A stretch of 64,000 nucleotides of DNA, taken from NCBI RefSeq assembly GCF_030684315.1, contig NC_081363.1, positions 69,300,517 through 69,364,516 on the forward strand. The letters run 5' to 3'. Source of the DNA: Stegostoma tigrinum (lineage: Eukaryota). The translations under genes and the position numbers were made by a program. This document shows positions 42,113 to 53,922 of this stretch, piece after piece; position 1 is the first letter of the stretch; every line of letters begins with the position of its first letter. Under the pieces are notes generated by a model. The model searched no databases. It was not told the DNA's origin and saw nothing but the letters and a program-made list of their open reading frames with translations.

Positions 42113-43500
42113 GCAAGATGCCAAAACAAAACTACACTTGTAATACAACAGATCAAGCCCTGGTGCTTCCATGGGAGCAAAAAGGCAGAGTATTCTGACA
42201 GCAAAGTTTCAGATGTAAAAGATGCCACTAGAAGCTGGATTTCCACTGGGCCCACAGTTTCAATTTTACTCCCATGAGGCAGAGTCTCACCTTGATTAAA
42301 CAAGGCTGCAGACTGCCATTCCCAACACAGAAGAAGCCAAGGGACAACTTGCTGATAGGACCATGCATATGAATTGAATTCCATTAATTCCCCAGGATAT
42401 AAAGAAACAAGACTGGACACCCTGGTGGAAGGCACTGTCCCTACTTCAGAGCCAGGAGGCCCAGCTTCAATCCTTCAGATGTGTGTCATAATGTATCTGA
42501 GCAGCTTGATTAAAATAAAGTACCACAATGGGACTCTTAGGAGGTACCTACCTCTAAGTCAAGGTGTGGGCCTAGGTTCTATGTGTGGAATGACATCTCT
42601 GAACAGATTGATTAGAAGATATCAACAGTACTAATAAAGTTTGATATTGACACTTTGTAGGAAGTTTCCAATCTGCCATTGGAGACTTGCACATGTAATT
42701 ATTCCAACACCAAACAAGAAATTACAATGGAGCCATGAATCAACACCTAAGAACATATTTTGAGGCAGGCTTCAGATGTCTCAATAAACTTCAATCAGAA
42801 ATCAACAGCAGCCTCCAGCCAACACTAATTGCATATATCAGTTCAAACTGACAATTAATCTGACCATTTTTGTGACACAACTGATACTTCATGGTACAAT
42901 TTTCATTTCAATGCTATTTTCAATAATGATCATCTGTACTTTATTTCATGTAAATAGCTTCAGGACAAGGATTCAGATTTGGACAAGGCTAATAAAAAAA
43001 AATATCTATCTACAAAGAAATTAGAAAACTGAAAAGCAGTCAGCAATAATGCAGTCATACCTCATTTGAATACTTCATCCTACTCGTGACATAATGAAGA
43101 TCTCTTTAAAACTTTAATTCCAAATACCTAGTCTGACAGAAGTATGAACTTCAAGCCAAACCTAGTTCAATTCCTAAATCAGCAAAGATAGAAAAGAAAT
43201 TCCTTGATCACGAAGTGAATATTAAGGCCTTTCATCCCTTGGGATTTCACTTTAAGAATGATGCAATCAAAGTACCTTCCATCTGTGAACTTCAAGAATC
43301 CTCAGTTTAATCACAGTGGCTGTAATTATTTTCTAATCAACCTGTTCGTGGAATACCTCTGGAACAGATGGGACTTCAACCTGGATCTGCTGGGTCAGAA
43401 GTGGGGACATCACCACCCTGGAAGCTGCCACATTCCAGGTGGTAGCTTTAAAGTGGAGTGAAAAATGGCACGAGTGATAGAAAGAGGCCGCACAAAAAAA

Positions 43501-43501
<1 letters not shown>

Positions 43502-43533
<32 letters not shown>
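43502..43533. repeat. (CA)3(GA)n microsatellite in EIF2S1 intron 1
   Basis: Directly visible. Confidence 0.9.
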
Positions 43534-43536
<3 letters not shown>

Positions 43537-43695
43537 CCGGATGGGCCCGCAGGTGAAGCCCGAGTTGAGGAGCCGACATGACCATAAAACATGCTGGCAT
43601 TGGGCCGGAATCTAGATCCGCCTTAACCAGCGAATCAGTGGCGTGGGGGGTGGACTGCGGCTCCCGATATGAGGACAGCACTGGGACTCACTTAC

Positions 43696-43790
43696 TTGAG
43701 CAGAATCTGTAGGCAGCGCTGCTGCGAACGAGGACGGTCAGCACCTCAGGCCCACACTCCGACTCGCGCTATTTCCGTTGTTCCCACAAT
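43696..43790 (-). other. EIF2S1: Probable non-coding first exon (5' UTR) of EIF2S1; 5' end approximate
   Basis: Strong donor CAA|GTAAGT at 43695 at the edge of the CpG island; the ATG exon starts 1 nt after an acceptor, so an upstream exon is needed. Confidence 0.7.
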
Positions 43791-43895
43791 TACTTTTCTA
43801 CGCAGGCGCGACGCCGTTTTCCGTAACTGTTACGGCGCACGCTTTATTCTGCGCAGGCGCGGCAATGTTTATCCTCACGTTGCACCGCAGAATCT

Positions 43896-43987
43896 GAGAT
43901 AACAAGGTGTACAGCTGGCTGAAGAAAACAGGCCAAGCAGCATCAGAGGTGCAGGAAAGCTAACGTTTCTGCAGCTCCTACTATCTC
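43896..43987. mobile_element. Internally deleted fold-back Penelope mini-element inside the bidirectional promoter
   Basis: pLTR arm joined to the inverted tail CTGCAGCTCCTACTATCTC; exact 15-bp TSD TGCACCGCAGAATCT at 43881-43895 and 43988-44002. Confidence 0.85.
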
Positions 43988-44693
43988 TGCACCGCAGAAT
44001 CTCTCGTGCGCAGCGCAAGTACGTCCCTTCGCCAGAAACCCCGCTTCTGCGCAAGCGCGGAGCTGCGACCTGAAGCCGAGAGGAGGGCGGAGTGAAACGT
44101 CACTCCAAGTAACCTTGGAAGTCGCGATCGATATCGCGGAGCGGCCTTGATTTGTAGCATTCATTCATTAGACGCGACTCACACACATTGTGCTTTTGCA
44201 CGATAGCTTTGTTAGGTTTTCGCTCTCTAGTATTGACGGAGGACTGGAAATGAAGGGGCAGCCGGGTGTAACGACGTGTCGCCGCCATCTTGGTAAAGGA
44301 TCGTAGATAGTTAATAACAGCGAGATAAAACGGTGAGATATGGAATTGGCGAAGCAAACAGCAACACTAAGAGATACTTCATTTAAAAAAATTAAAATCC
44401 CCATCTAGAATATTTGGACGACGGTTAACCCGGTGGTGAGGGAGGTCACAGGTCACCTCCGCCCTGTCACGTGATGTTGCCAGCTGCTGATCCGTGGAAA
44501 CCAACAATTTGCTCGAGTCGACCGAAGAAAGTTAGTAGAAAATTATAGGAGGAAGTAGCCCCACTAGGGCTTAGCCTTACAACCTGCTGAAGGTCACGGG
44601 ACACTCCTTGTCGATTGCAAAGATTTTCATCTTTTCCACCAGCTATTGGATCTTCCCCCCCCCCCCCCCCCCCACCTCAAGAAATAGCCAAAC

Positions 44694-44734
44694 ATGTCAG
44701 GCAAGGAGAGGATTGAGATCTTCCCATCGCGAAT
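44694..44734 (+). CDS. ATP6V1D: V-ATPase subunit D exon 1 (MSGKERIEIFPSRM)
   Basis: Hand translation matches the ATP6V1D N-terminus; AACATG context; GTGAGT donor; 41 bp. Confidence 0.96.
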
Positions 44735-45852
44735 GTGAGTGTCAGATTTTTGATTACGGTTTTTAGCCATCTCAAGTTTGACTTTTGCTTTAGTGCTCCG
44801 ACCTGGAAATTTTAAAGTTTAGCATTTTAAATTTTGGCTCAGGTGAAGGGCTGTTGGAATGAAACTGCGTTTAAAAGTGCTGGCCCATTTCTTCCTGAAT
44901 CATCGAACTATTTCCAAATAAAGGAACTTTTACAGTCGAAACTAAATAAAAATTGAGAGTGTCAGTCGGAGATTATAACACAGACAGATAATTAATGCAA
45001 CGGTGCCCAATTTGCATGACAGATTCCAAAATTTCGCAATCCATTATTGGATCAAAATTGGCATTGCAATTAGAAATCTCTTACAAAAAATGCATGAATC
45101 ACTACATATTGCTGAATTTTTAGGAACGTGTTGAATACAATAACATGGAAAGACAAACTAAACATTTGTTTGTTTAGCTGCATTGTGAAGATTTTTGAAA
45201 TACATGTCACCCTCAATGGCTACAATGTTCAAGCTGATTGACTTTTGATTTTTGAAAAAGGTAGACAATAAGGGATGGGTGTCCTCTAAACAATTTTTAT
45301 TAGACATACTATATAATACACCAATACTTGTGAGATTATGAAATGGTAATAATTCAAACATGGTAGAAATAATTATGAGCTCTTCTGCAGCTGTGGAATA
45401 CTTTATTGATAATTAATGTTGCCAGAATTTGGAATTCACCCACAGCACATTGTTTCCAACTTTTACATTCTGTCTGATTTGGAAAAGTTGGTATTGTTAC
45501 GTTGGCCATCTTCACAGCCCCCTTTACCAAAATTATTTAACTGCCATACATGGGAATAATTTCTCAGATGCATTGTTGTAAAAGTATAGCATATAGTAAT
45601 TGTCTATACTGATAAGTGGCCATCCACATGCTGTGGTAGCACACCTACAGAGGAGGTGAATTCAAACCGTACTGCAGGATCTGAAATGTAACTGATCTAG
45701 TGTTTCAGCAGAATAATAAAGGGGTGCTGCATTGTTGGAAGTACTGTTTCTTGAATGGAATAACAGTTCAGGCTTGTCTGCGAGTTCACAAATGCGGGTA
45801 GTTCTGGCTAGTGTCCTGTAATAATCACTAAAAGCAGATGAGGTAGTCTTTT

Positions 45853-46054
45853 GATAATGGGAACTGCAGATGCTGGAGAATCCAAGATAACAGTGTGGAG
45901 CTGGATGAACACAGCAGGCCAAGCAGCATCTCAGGAGCACAAAAGCTGACATTTCGGGCCTAGACCCTTCGTCAGAGAGCCCGAAACATCAGTTTTTGTG
46001 CTCCTGAGATGTTACTTGGTCTGCTGTGTTCATCCAGCTCTACACTTTGTTATC
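45853..46054. mobile_element. Fold-back Penelope mini-element, hammerhead motif on minus strand (about 45947-45978)
   Basis: Inverted arms; exact 14-bp TSD TGAGGTAGTCTTTT at 45839-45852 and 46055-46068. Confidence 0.87.
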
Positions 46055-46492
46055 TGAGGTAGTCTTTTAATTTCCTATCCATAAGTAAATTATAGAATCA
46101 CTGATTCCATAGTGTCTGTACCAGTTCCTGAAAGATCTAGTCAGCTAGTCCTGTTCTCCAGCCCTATCTCCAAAACCCTAAAAGTTCCTGTCTTCCAAAT
46201 ATATATCCATCTGTCTTTTGAAACCTATGGAATCTGTCTCCACTGCACTCCCAGAGAGAGCATTCCAAATCCTAACAACTGAATAAAGAAGTTTCTCCTC
46301 ATCTCACTCCTAGCTGCCTTGCTGACAATCTTGAAATTGTGACTGAGCCATTGACATACTAATTAGCAGAAATTTTGAACGCCTCAATAACGTCATATCT
46401 TAATCCTCTCTGTTCAAGGAGAATACGCGCAATTTATCTAATCTTGCCTTGTGTCTAGATACTCTAATTCCTGTTATCAATCTGGTAATATA

Positions 46493-46685
46493 AGATAACA
46501 TGGTGTAGAGCTGGATGAACACAGCAGGCCAAGCAGCAGCAAAGGAGCAGGACAACTGACGTTTTGGGTCTCGAACTGAAATGCCAGCTTTCCTGCTCCT
46601 CTGATGCTGCCTGGCCTGCTGTGTTCATCCAGCTCTACACCATGTTATCTCAGATTATCCACTATCGGCATTTCCTACTATCTCT
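46493..46685. mobile_element. Fold-back Penelope mini-element nested in a CR1 fragment
   Basis: AGATAACATGGTGTAGAGCTGGATGAACACAGCAGGCC arm and its reverse complement, plus tail; no clear TSD. Confidence 0.8.
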
Positions 46686-46789
46686 GCAGTCATTTTAGTA
46701 AACCTGCTTTGCAGTGTCCCCAGGGCTTTAGCATCCTTTCTTAAATAAAGTGCCCAGAATTGAACACACTACTCCAATAGGAACAGGAA

Positions 46790-47365
46790 TAGGCCATTCA
46801 ATAAGACCATTGCCTAACTCTATATGTCTGCATTGGGCCCATATCCCTTGACAATGTCCAATTTAAATTGACAGTTGAATTAGCATTGACTGCCATGTGA
46901 AGAAGAGAGTTCCAAAGCCTTCTACTGTGTGCAGAAGTGTTTTCTAGCGTCTCTCTCTTGAATGGCCTGGTCCTATTTCTTAGACTATGCACACTGATTT
47001 GAGAATGTTCCACTATTGGAAATAGGGTTATCCTGTTTTTCCCTGTTAATGTTCCAAAAACCCCATCTTGATCACCCCTGAACTTTCTAGGTTCTAGAGA
47101 ATAAAGGTCTAATTTGTCCAACCCCTTCTCGTAACTGAACCCCTGAAATCCAGGTATCATCCATATAAATCTGTGTTGAACTACCTCCAGCACCAAGACA
47201 ATGTTCCTAGGGTGGGGTGCCCAAGTCGGCTCTCAGATCTCTAAGTGGGGTCTGAGGTTTTGTATGACGGTAGCATAACACTTGCACCCTTATACTCCAG
47301 CCCTTTGGATATGAGGGCCAGCATTCTGTCAGTCTTCTTGACTATTTTCTGCACCTGCTCATAGC
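46790..47365 (-). mobile_element. CR1-type LINE 3' fragment
   Basis: LE.VQ.RF..MIPG..G.SYE..L..L.LYSLE motif (ORF 46798..47196). Confidence 0.8.
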
Positions 47366-48329
47366 ATGTGAAAGAGCTTTGACAATAAGTCCAAGCTGCT
47401 TTGATACTGTCATGAGAATGTGAAAGGGGCCATATTTAACATCTAACTCCTTTTACTTGATGTCCTCAGTGACCTTTTTTAATAGAAAAAAAGAACATTT
47501 TGGAATAAATATTTTGTATAAACAGTTGTGTGTACATTGACACCAGGAACTGGTTTGGGGGAGTTTAATACGTGATAGAATCAGGTAGCTGAACAAATTT
47601 CCATAGCCAAATTTTCACTAAGTCTGGACAACTCCGTTATATTTGTTGCAAAACTCTACCTCATGGATTCAATTTAAAAATGGTGCTGTTGGAACACAGG
47701 TTTTGAAAATTGAAAAAGGTTTTTGACCTGAAATATTTGGTTTGGAGGGAATAAATCCTTTTGTTCTACATGTTGTTAATCTGTCATATTAAATATTGTT
47801 GTGCTCGTATTGCATTTGTAAGATATCCAATTGAATGATTGATGTCAAGTATGTTTGTGTCGTGAACTGGCCCAAGTTAAATATTTCCCTTAACTGTTAT
47901 TGAACTATTGTCCAGGTTTGGCTCAGACTTGGAATTATTCATCCATTCTTAAAATAAAATTGAAGTCCATCTGCTTGGTCATTGTTATAAAACACCTTTT
48001 TGAGGCAGGTGAGACTTAAACCTGGGTTTTCTAACTCGGAGGTAGGAACATTACACTATACTACCAGACCGCTCCATCTATTTATTTAGCAAGCTAAAGC
48101 CATTCATTGTTCCTCTTTTTAGAAGCATAAATGCTTCCTACGTGCACTGAAGCAAACAGGCTCTTCCCATCTTTATAAAGAGAAACATGAATGACCTTTT
48201 CTTAACACATCAAAATGAAAACTGGGAGCAAAAATGTCACGTCTTTCTGTCAGTGGAAGGGTTCCTGCTCATGCAAAGAAATGAGTGGGCAGAAGAAGTA
48301 AACCTAACCTTTTTTTGCATTTGCCACAG

Positions 48330-48447
48330 GGCACAAACTATAATGAAGGCCCGTTTGAAAGGTGCTCAGACTGGTCGCAACCTACTGAAGAAAAAGTCTG
48401 ATGCCCTTACACTTCGCTTCAGACAAATCCTGAAGAAGATTATAGAG
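48330..48447 (+). CDS. ATP6V1D: ATP6V1D exon 2 (AQTIMKARLKGAQTGRNLLKKKSDALTLRFRQILKKIIE)
   Basis: ORF 48187..48477 contains the peptide; AG/GT; 118 bp. Confidence 0.97.
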
Positions 48448-49264
48448 GTGAAATTTATTTTCAAGGAACAATTATAATAAATTTAACTAAACCTTACTAT
48501 TTGGTTTTTCTCCTAAGCTCACAACACACATTTAGCAATGTTATTGCAGTTTTTAACACAGCAGTCCTGCTCATTCATTGTCAGTTCTATTTGATTTCTA
48601 CTTGTGTTCATTTAACCACACTTTATTTATGTGCACGATATCTTGGCTATGTTTTGTGCTGTCAACCAGGGAAACAGAATCATCTTGTTTAGTGAAGTAG
48701 GATGTCACGAGAAATGCAATAGATGATTACAGTCTTGACCCCCAGCTCAATGTATTTTGCTGTTGTACAGGGTGTGAGCATTGTTACCAAGGCTGACATT
48801 TGTTGTATATTGTTAATTGCCTTTGAACCCTTGATCTGTGTGCCCATCTAGGTCATCTTCAGTTAAGAGTTAATCACAAAGTTATGTACCAAAGAGACAG
48901 TGTAGGCCAGTCATGGTAAGGATGGCAGATTTCCTTCTTAAAGGCTGTTAGTGAATATGGGTTTTTACAAACATTGTCTATTTTGACACAGTTCCCATTA
49001 AGCTAGCATTAAATTCTAGATTTTGATTTTAAAAAAACACAATTCAAATTTCATTATCTGTTATGGTGATATTCAAATCCATGTCCCAGAATATTAGCCT
49101 GCGGCTCTGTTGAATGGACGTGTGGCATTACATCACCGTTTTCCTGATTAGATGTTTCTGTTGAGCATGCGCACTAAGGTGGTATAATGAGTTGCACACT
49201 TCTTTGTGGCCAACGCGCACGCACACACATTGGCAGAGGATTGTGGGGGCAGGTCATCTTGAAA

Positions 49265-50695
49265 CATAGAAAATAGGAGCAGGAGAAGACCATTCTACCC
49301 TTCGGGCATGTTTCTCCCTTCAGTATGATCAAGCTGATCATACATCTCTGCTTGAATTAGAATTAGAATCCCTACAGGGTGGAAACAGGCCCTTCGGCCC
49401 AACAAGTCCACACCGAACCTCAGAACATCCCATCCAGACCCATCTCCCTATAACCCACCTAATCTACACCTCCCCGAACCTATGGGGAATTTTGCATGGC
49501 CAATCCACCTACCCTGCACATCTTCGGACTGTGGGAGGAAACCGGAGCACCTGGAGAAAACCCACTCAGACACGGGGAGAATGTGCAAACTCCATACAGA
49601 CAGTTGCCCGAGGCGAGAATCGAACCTGGGTCCCTGGTGCTGTGAGGCAGCAGTGCTAACCACTGAGCCACCATGCTGCCCTTGCTTGTGCTTTCTCCCC
49701 GTACCCTTTTATCCTTTTAGCCATCACAAACTAGATCTAACTATCCTTCTTAAAAATATATATCTTAGCCTCAATTGCTTTGTGCGATGGAGAATTCCAC
49801 AGGTTCACCACCCTCTGCACAAAGGAATTTCTCTTTATCTATTTCTAAATGGCTACATCCTTTGACCTCTGCTTCTGGATTCCCTTCTTGTGTTTACCCT
49901 GGCATGCCCTGCTCGAATAGGTTCCTATGAAATTCCACTTATTCTTCTCAACTCCAGTGAATACAGTCCTAACCAATCCAGTGCCTCCTTGTATGTCAGT
50001 CCTGTCATGCCAAGAATCAATCTGCTTAACCTGCCTTGTACTTCCTTCATAGCCAGATAAGGAGACTAGAACTGCACTCATTACTCCAGATGTGGTCTCA
50101 CCAAGACACTGTGGCATTGCAGCAAGACGTGCCTGCTCCTGTACTCAAGTCCCCTTGCTATGAAGGTCAACACACCATTTGCCTGTCTCACCACCTGCTG
50201 CACCCAGATACCTACTTTCAGCAACTGGATCCAGATCTTGTTGGATCTCCCCCTTTCCCAGTTAATGCCATGCATTATTACATGTAGTTCCCTCATTTAA
50301 ATCATGGATATATATTGTGAGCGTCAGGGGCAAAGGCGCTGATCCTTTGTAGTACGGCACTGGTCACTGGCTGCTACTTGGAAAAAAGTTCTGTTAATTC
50401 CAACTATGTTCCCTTTCTTGTATCTAACAACTGGTTTTCTGTCCATGTCTGTACATTACACCCGGTCCCAAACGACTTAACTTTACACGCTAATGTCTTA
50501 CTGTAAAACTTCTGAAAGTCCAAGTTAACTGCATTCAGTAAAGTTCCAAAAGATTTGTCAAGCATGATTTCCCTTTCATAAATCCATAGTGAACTTTTTC
50601 CAATTCTGTCATAGTTTTCAAAGTTCTGTGCTATTAAATCTCATAATGACTTCCAATGTTTTCCGTATTACCAATATCAGCCTAACTGATTAGAC
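49265..50695 (-). mobile_element. CR1-type LINE fragment (interrupted by the HE1 SINE)
   Basis: ANG.L.FIARGLEYRS..VLL....LVRPHLE (ORF 50081..50296). Confidence 0.8.
49355..49682 (-). mobile_element. HE1 / V-SINE copy nested in a CR1 3' end
   Basis: Reverse-complement match to 2767-3086; short TGCTTG flanking repeat. Confidence 0.85.
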
Positions 50696-50961
50696 CCTGT
50701 GTTCCCTGTAGGACATCACGGAAAACAGTGAATATGTTAATTAAACTAAGGCAAATGGCAGAAAATGAGGGCATCCTCGCAGATTTTTGGAAATTACTAT
50801 TTCTATTATATAATCCATAAATGAACCAGGCATTTTATTTTCAATGAAACAAAAAAAACCTTGTAGCAAAATGAAATCAAGACAGTCAAACCCTGTGTTT
50901 CAGTATAATGTGGCACTGCTGACTGATACATTTTGCATTATTTTTGGTTTTCACATCTCAG

Positions 50962-51041
50962 ACTAAAACACTGATGGGTGAAGTAATGAGGGAAGCGGCC
51001 TTTTCCTTAGCTGAAGCCAAATTCACTGCTGGAGACTTCAG
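50962..51041 (+). CDS. ATP6V1D: ATP6V1D exon 3 (TKTLMGEVMREAAFSLAEAKFTAGDFS)
   Basis: Hand translation; CAG acceptor, GTGAG donor; 80 bp. Confidence 0.97.
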
Positions 51042-51484
51042 GTGAGACTGCAGTTATCAAAGATTTCTTTGTAGAGTGACCACCTTCTTATCTGTAAATG
51101 AGGCTTTGGGAAACCAGTCTTGGTTGTTGGTGTTTGGAGACTATTGATTTGGTGACTTGGCTGCCCTTCACTTGCTCCATGGGAGCAGTTAAGGTATGAA
51201 AAATTGTTATATGCTAAAAGGGACCGTTAATGCATGTTAGATTCTTTCAATTGCTTATAATTGCAGAGTCTATTTTGTACTTTACATGCACATGCTGAAT
51301 TTGAAATATTCTTGACTGTAAAGGTTGCTCATTAAATGTGCATGATTAAGCTTATAATTATCAGCATTGGTCCATTAAAATTAACATAATTTTTGATCAA
51401 ATAATGTTAGGAATTTGTTGCCTAAAATGTAAATTATCAGATAATTTAAATCCATTAACTTCAAGTTAAATAGATTAGAGTTTT

Positions 51485-51775
51485 TGGGGCTCAGTGGTTT
51501 GCACTGCTGCCTCACAACGCCAAGAACCCAGATTTGATTCCAGCCTTGGGTGGCTGTCTGCGTGGAATTTGCACATTGTGTCCGTGTATGTGTGGCTGCT
51601 ACTTGGTACTCCCACAGGCCAAAGATCTGTTGGCTGATAGATAGGCGACAGTAAATGCAGGGTTATGAAGAGCGGGTAGGGAACTAGTTCTGAGTGGGAT
51701 GCTGTTCACAGGGTTGGTGTGGATTTGATGGGGTAAATAGTCTCTTTTCGCACTGGAAGCATTCTAGGATTCTGT
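51485..51775 (+). mobile_element. Older HE1 / V-SINE copy
   Basis: Degenerate match to 2767-3086. Confidence 0.75.
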
Positions 51776-52363
51776 GACCAATATTTGCAGAGTGTACAGT
51801 TGCTGTCTCAGCCGAGCATCCATTGACCACAGCATAAATTTAAAATCTTTATCCAGCTACTGAAAATGGTTAATTATATACTTGATTTGTATTAAATTTA
51901 AAGTAAAAGATCCATCAACCGGGTTCCTCTGATAACAACATTATTGCTTTATTTTGAAACGAGACTTTTCAACAAGGTGTAAATTGGATTAAAACACAGA
52001 ATGAAAGCATAAGTATTTGCTCCTCTAAATAACCCCTATGCGTGCATATCAATTAAAGGAAAATTATTTTCTCAGCAGAGAATATTTGACTAATGTGGTT
52101 CTCTTTATTAAATTATTAGTTGGTTCTTAAAGGAAAAGGAAGGACAAAGTATGAAATGCTGAAATAGCTTTTAGTCAGTGGTTTAGTGCACACAGGCAAG
52201 AGTCACTAAATGCAGGCAGATCTCACTGGGACCTTTGCAGATGCAGTTCATTCGGGCAACGTAAAGAGGTTGATCTCTTATAGCAGTGGACTCTCTGGTT
52301 TGGTAGCACCTGTTAGTGAACTGTACCTCGACTGAACACCAAACAGTATCAAAAACAAACTAA

Positions 52364-52505
52364 GATAACAAAGTGTAGAGCTGGATGAACACAACAGGCC
52401 AAGCAGCATCAGAGGAGCACAAATGCTGACGTTTCGGGCCTAGACTGTGTTCATCCAGCTCTACACTTTATCTCGGATTCTCCAGCATCAGCAGTTCGTA
52501 TTATC
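52364..52505. mobile_element. Fold-back Penelope mini-element with shortened second arm
   Basis: 15-bp TSD with one mismatch, TCAAAAAC(A/G)AACTAA, at 52349-52363 and 52506-52520. Confidence 0.83.
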
Positions 52506-52840
52506 TCAAAAACGAACTAACTTCTGACGGCCGTAAGCCCATACATGTGACATCCAATAATTAAGACCATCAGTTAGTTTAAGGCATGTGACTTCCAAGA
52601 AGTGTCTTAAGAAACACCCTGATGCCGTTTGGTGATCCATTTTATTTATATATAAAATGTGTGTGTATATTGTACGTATGTACAAAAAAAAGTTCAAATA
52701 TATTGACAGACTTTTCAAATGAACACATGTCTGCTATCCTTCAAACATGAATCTTCAATATTAGTTATGAAACACCTTCATACTTACAAAGTACACACAG
52801 ACTAATGTTGCCACTAATATACTGGTTCTGTTCTATGCAG

Positions 52841-52908
52841 TACTACTGTGATCCAAAATGTGAACAAGGCACAGGTTAAGGTCCGAGCTAAAAAAGACAA
52901 TGTAGCAG
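52841..52908 (+). CDS. ATP6V1D: ATP6V1D exon 4 (TTVIQNVNKAQVKVRAKKDNVAG)
   Basis: Hand translation; GCAG acceptor, GTGCGT donor; 68 bp. Confidence 0.97.
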
Positions 52909-53064
52909 GTGCGTTTTTATGGGGTTTTTGGTATCATGTTTCTTTTGTGAGTTGTTTAATTTTGTAACTTGGATAAGTATGACATTTGGAACAGGATTTG
53001 CAAAGAAATCCAGTTTGATAAACCAGCCCTCACACTTAGATTTCCAAAAATACATTAGAAATTA

Positions 53065-53922
53065 TACAAATGATTTAGACAGTGTAGGAGAGTGGTCCAG
53101 GAAATGGCTGATGAAATTCAATGTGAGTAAATTGAGTTTTTGCACTTTGGAAAAAGAATACAGGCATGGACTATTTTCTAAATGGTGAGAAAATTCGCAA
53201 AGCAGAAGTACAAAGGGATCTGGGAGTGTTGGTCCAGGATTCTCTCAAGGTTAACTTGCAGGTAGAGTCTGTAATTAAGAAAGCGAATGTAATGTTGTCG
53301 TTTATCTTGAGAGCGTTGGAATATAAAAGCAGCAATGTGCTTCTGAGGCTTTATAAAGCTCTAGTTAGGCCCCATTTAGAATACTGTGTCCAATTTTGGG
53401 CACCACACCTCAGGAAGGACATATTAGCCCTGGAGCGTGTCCAGCGGAGATTCACAAGGATGATCCCTGGAATGGTAGGCTTAACGTATGATGAATGGCT
53501 AAGGATCCTGGGATTGTACTCATTAGAGTTTAAAAGGTTGAGGGGAGATCTAATAGAAACTTACAAGATAATGTATGGTTTAGAAGGGGTGGACACTAGG
53601 AAGTTGTTTCCGTTAGGCGGGGAGACTAGGACCCGTGGGCACAGCCTTAAAATTAGAGGGGATAAATTTAAAACTGAAATGAGATGACATTTCTTCAGCC
53701 AGAGTGTGGTGGGCTTGTGGAATTCATTGCCACGGAGTGCATTGGAGGCCGGAACGTTGGATGCCTTCAAGGCAGAGATTGACAAATTCTTGATCTCACA
53801 AGGAATCAAGGGCTACGGGTAGAGTGCAGGGAAGTGGAGTTGAAATGCCCATCAGCCATGATTTAAATGGCGGAGTGGACTTGATGGGCCGAAGGCCTTA
53901 CTTCCACTCCTATGTCTTATGG
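53065..53922 (+). mobile_element. Young 5'-truncated CR1-type LINE with 3' UTR
   Basis: Open 173-aa frame with RDLGV, LYKALVRPHLEYCVQFWAPH, LERVQRRFTRMIPG; 3' tail CCTATGTCTTATGG. Confidence 0.92.

Larger units (their letters stand above)
43530..44530. promoter_or_regulatory. CpG island / bidirectional promoter shared by EIF2S1 and ATP6V1D
   Basis: The most CpG-dense stretch in the window, between divergent genes; NRF1-like GCGCAnGCGC motifs (about 43799, 43850, 44008, 44048), YY1 site GCCGCCATCTTG (44281-44292), E-box GTCACGTGA (44466-44474). Confidence 0.88.

Noticed and set aside
47705-47740. Degenerate hammerhead-like string (TTGAAAAAGGTTTTTGACCTGAAATATT)
   Set aside because: Core boxes are not intact and the AT-rich context makes a chance match plausible
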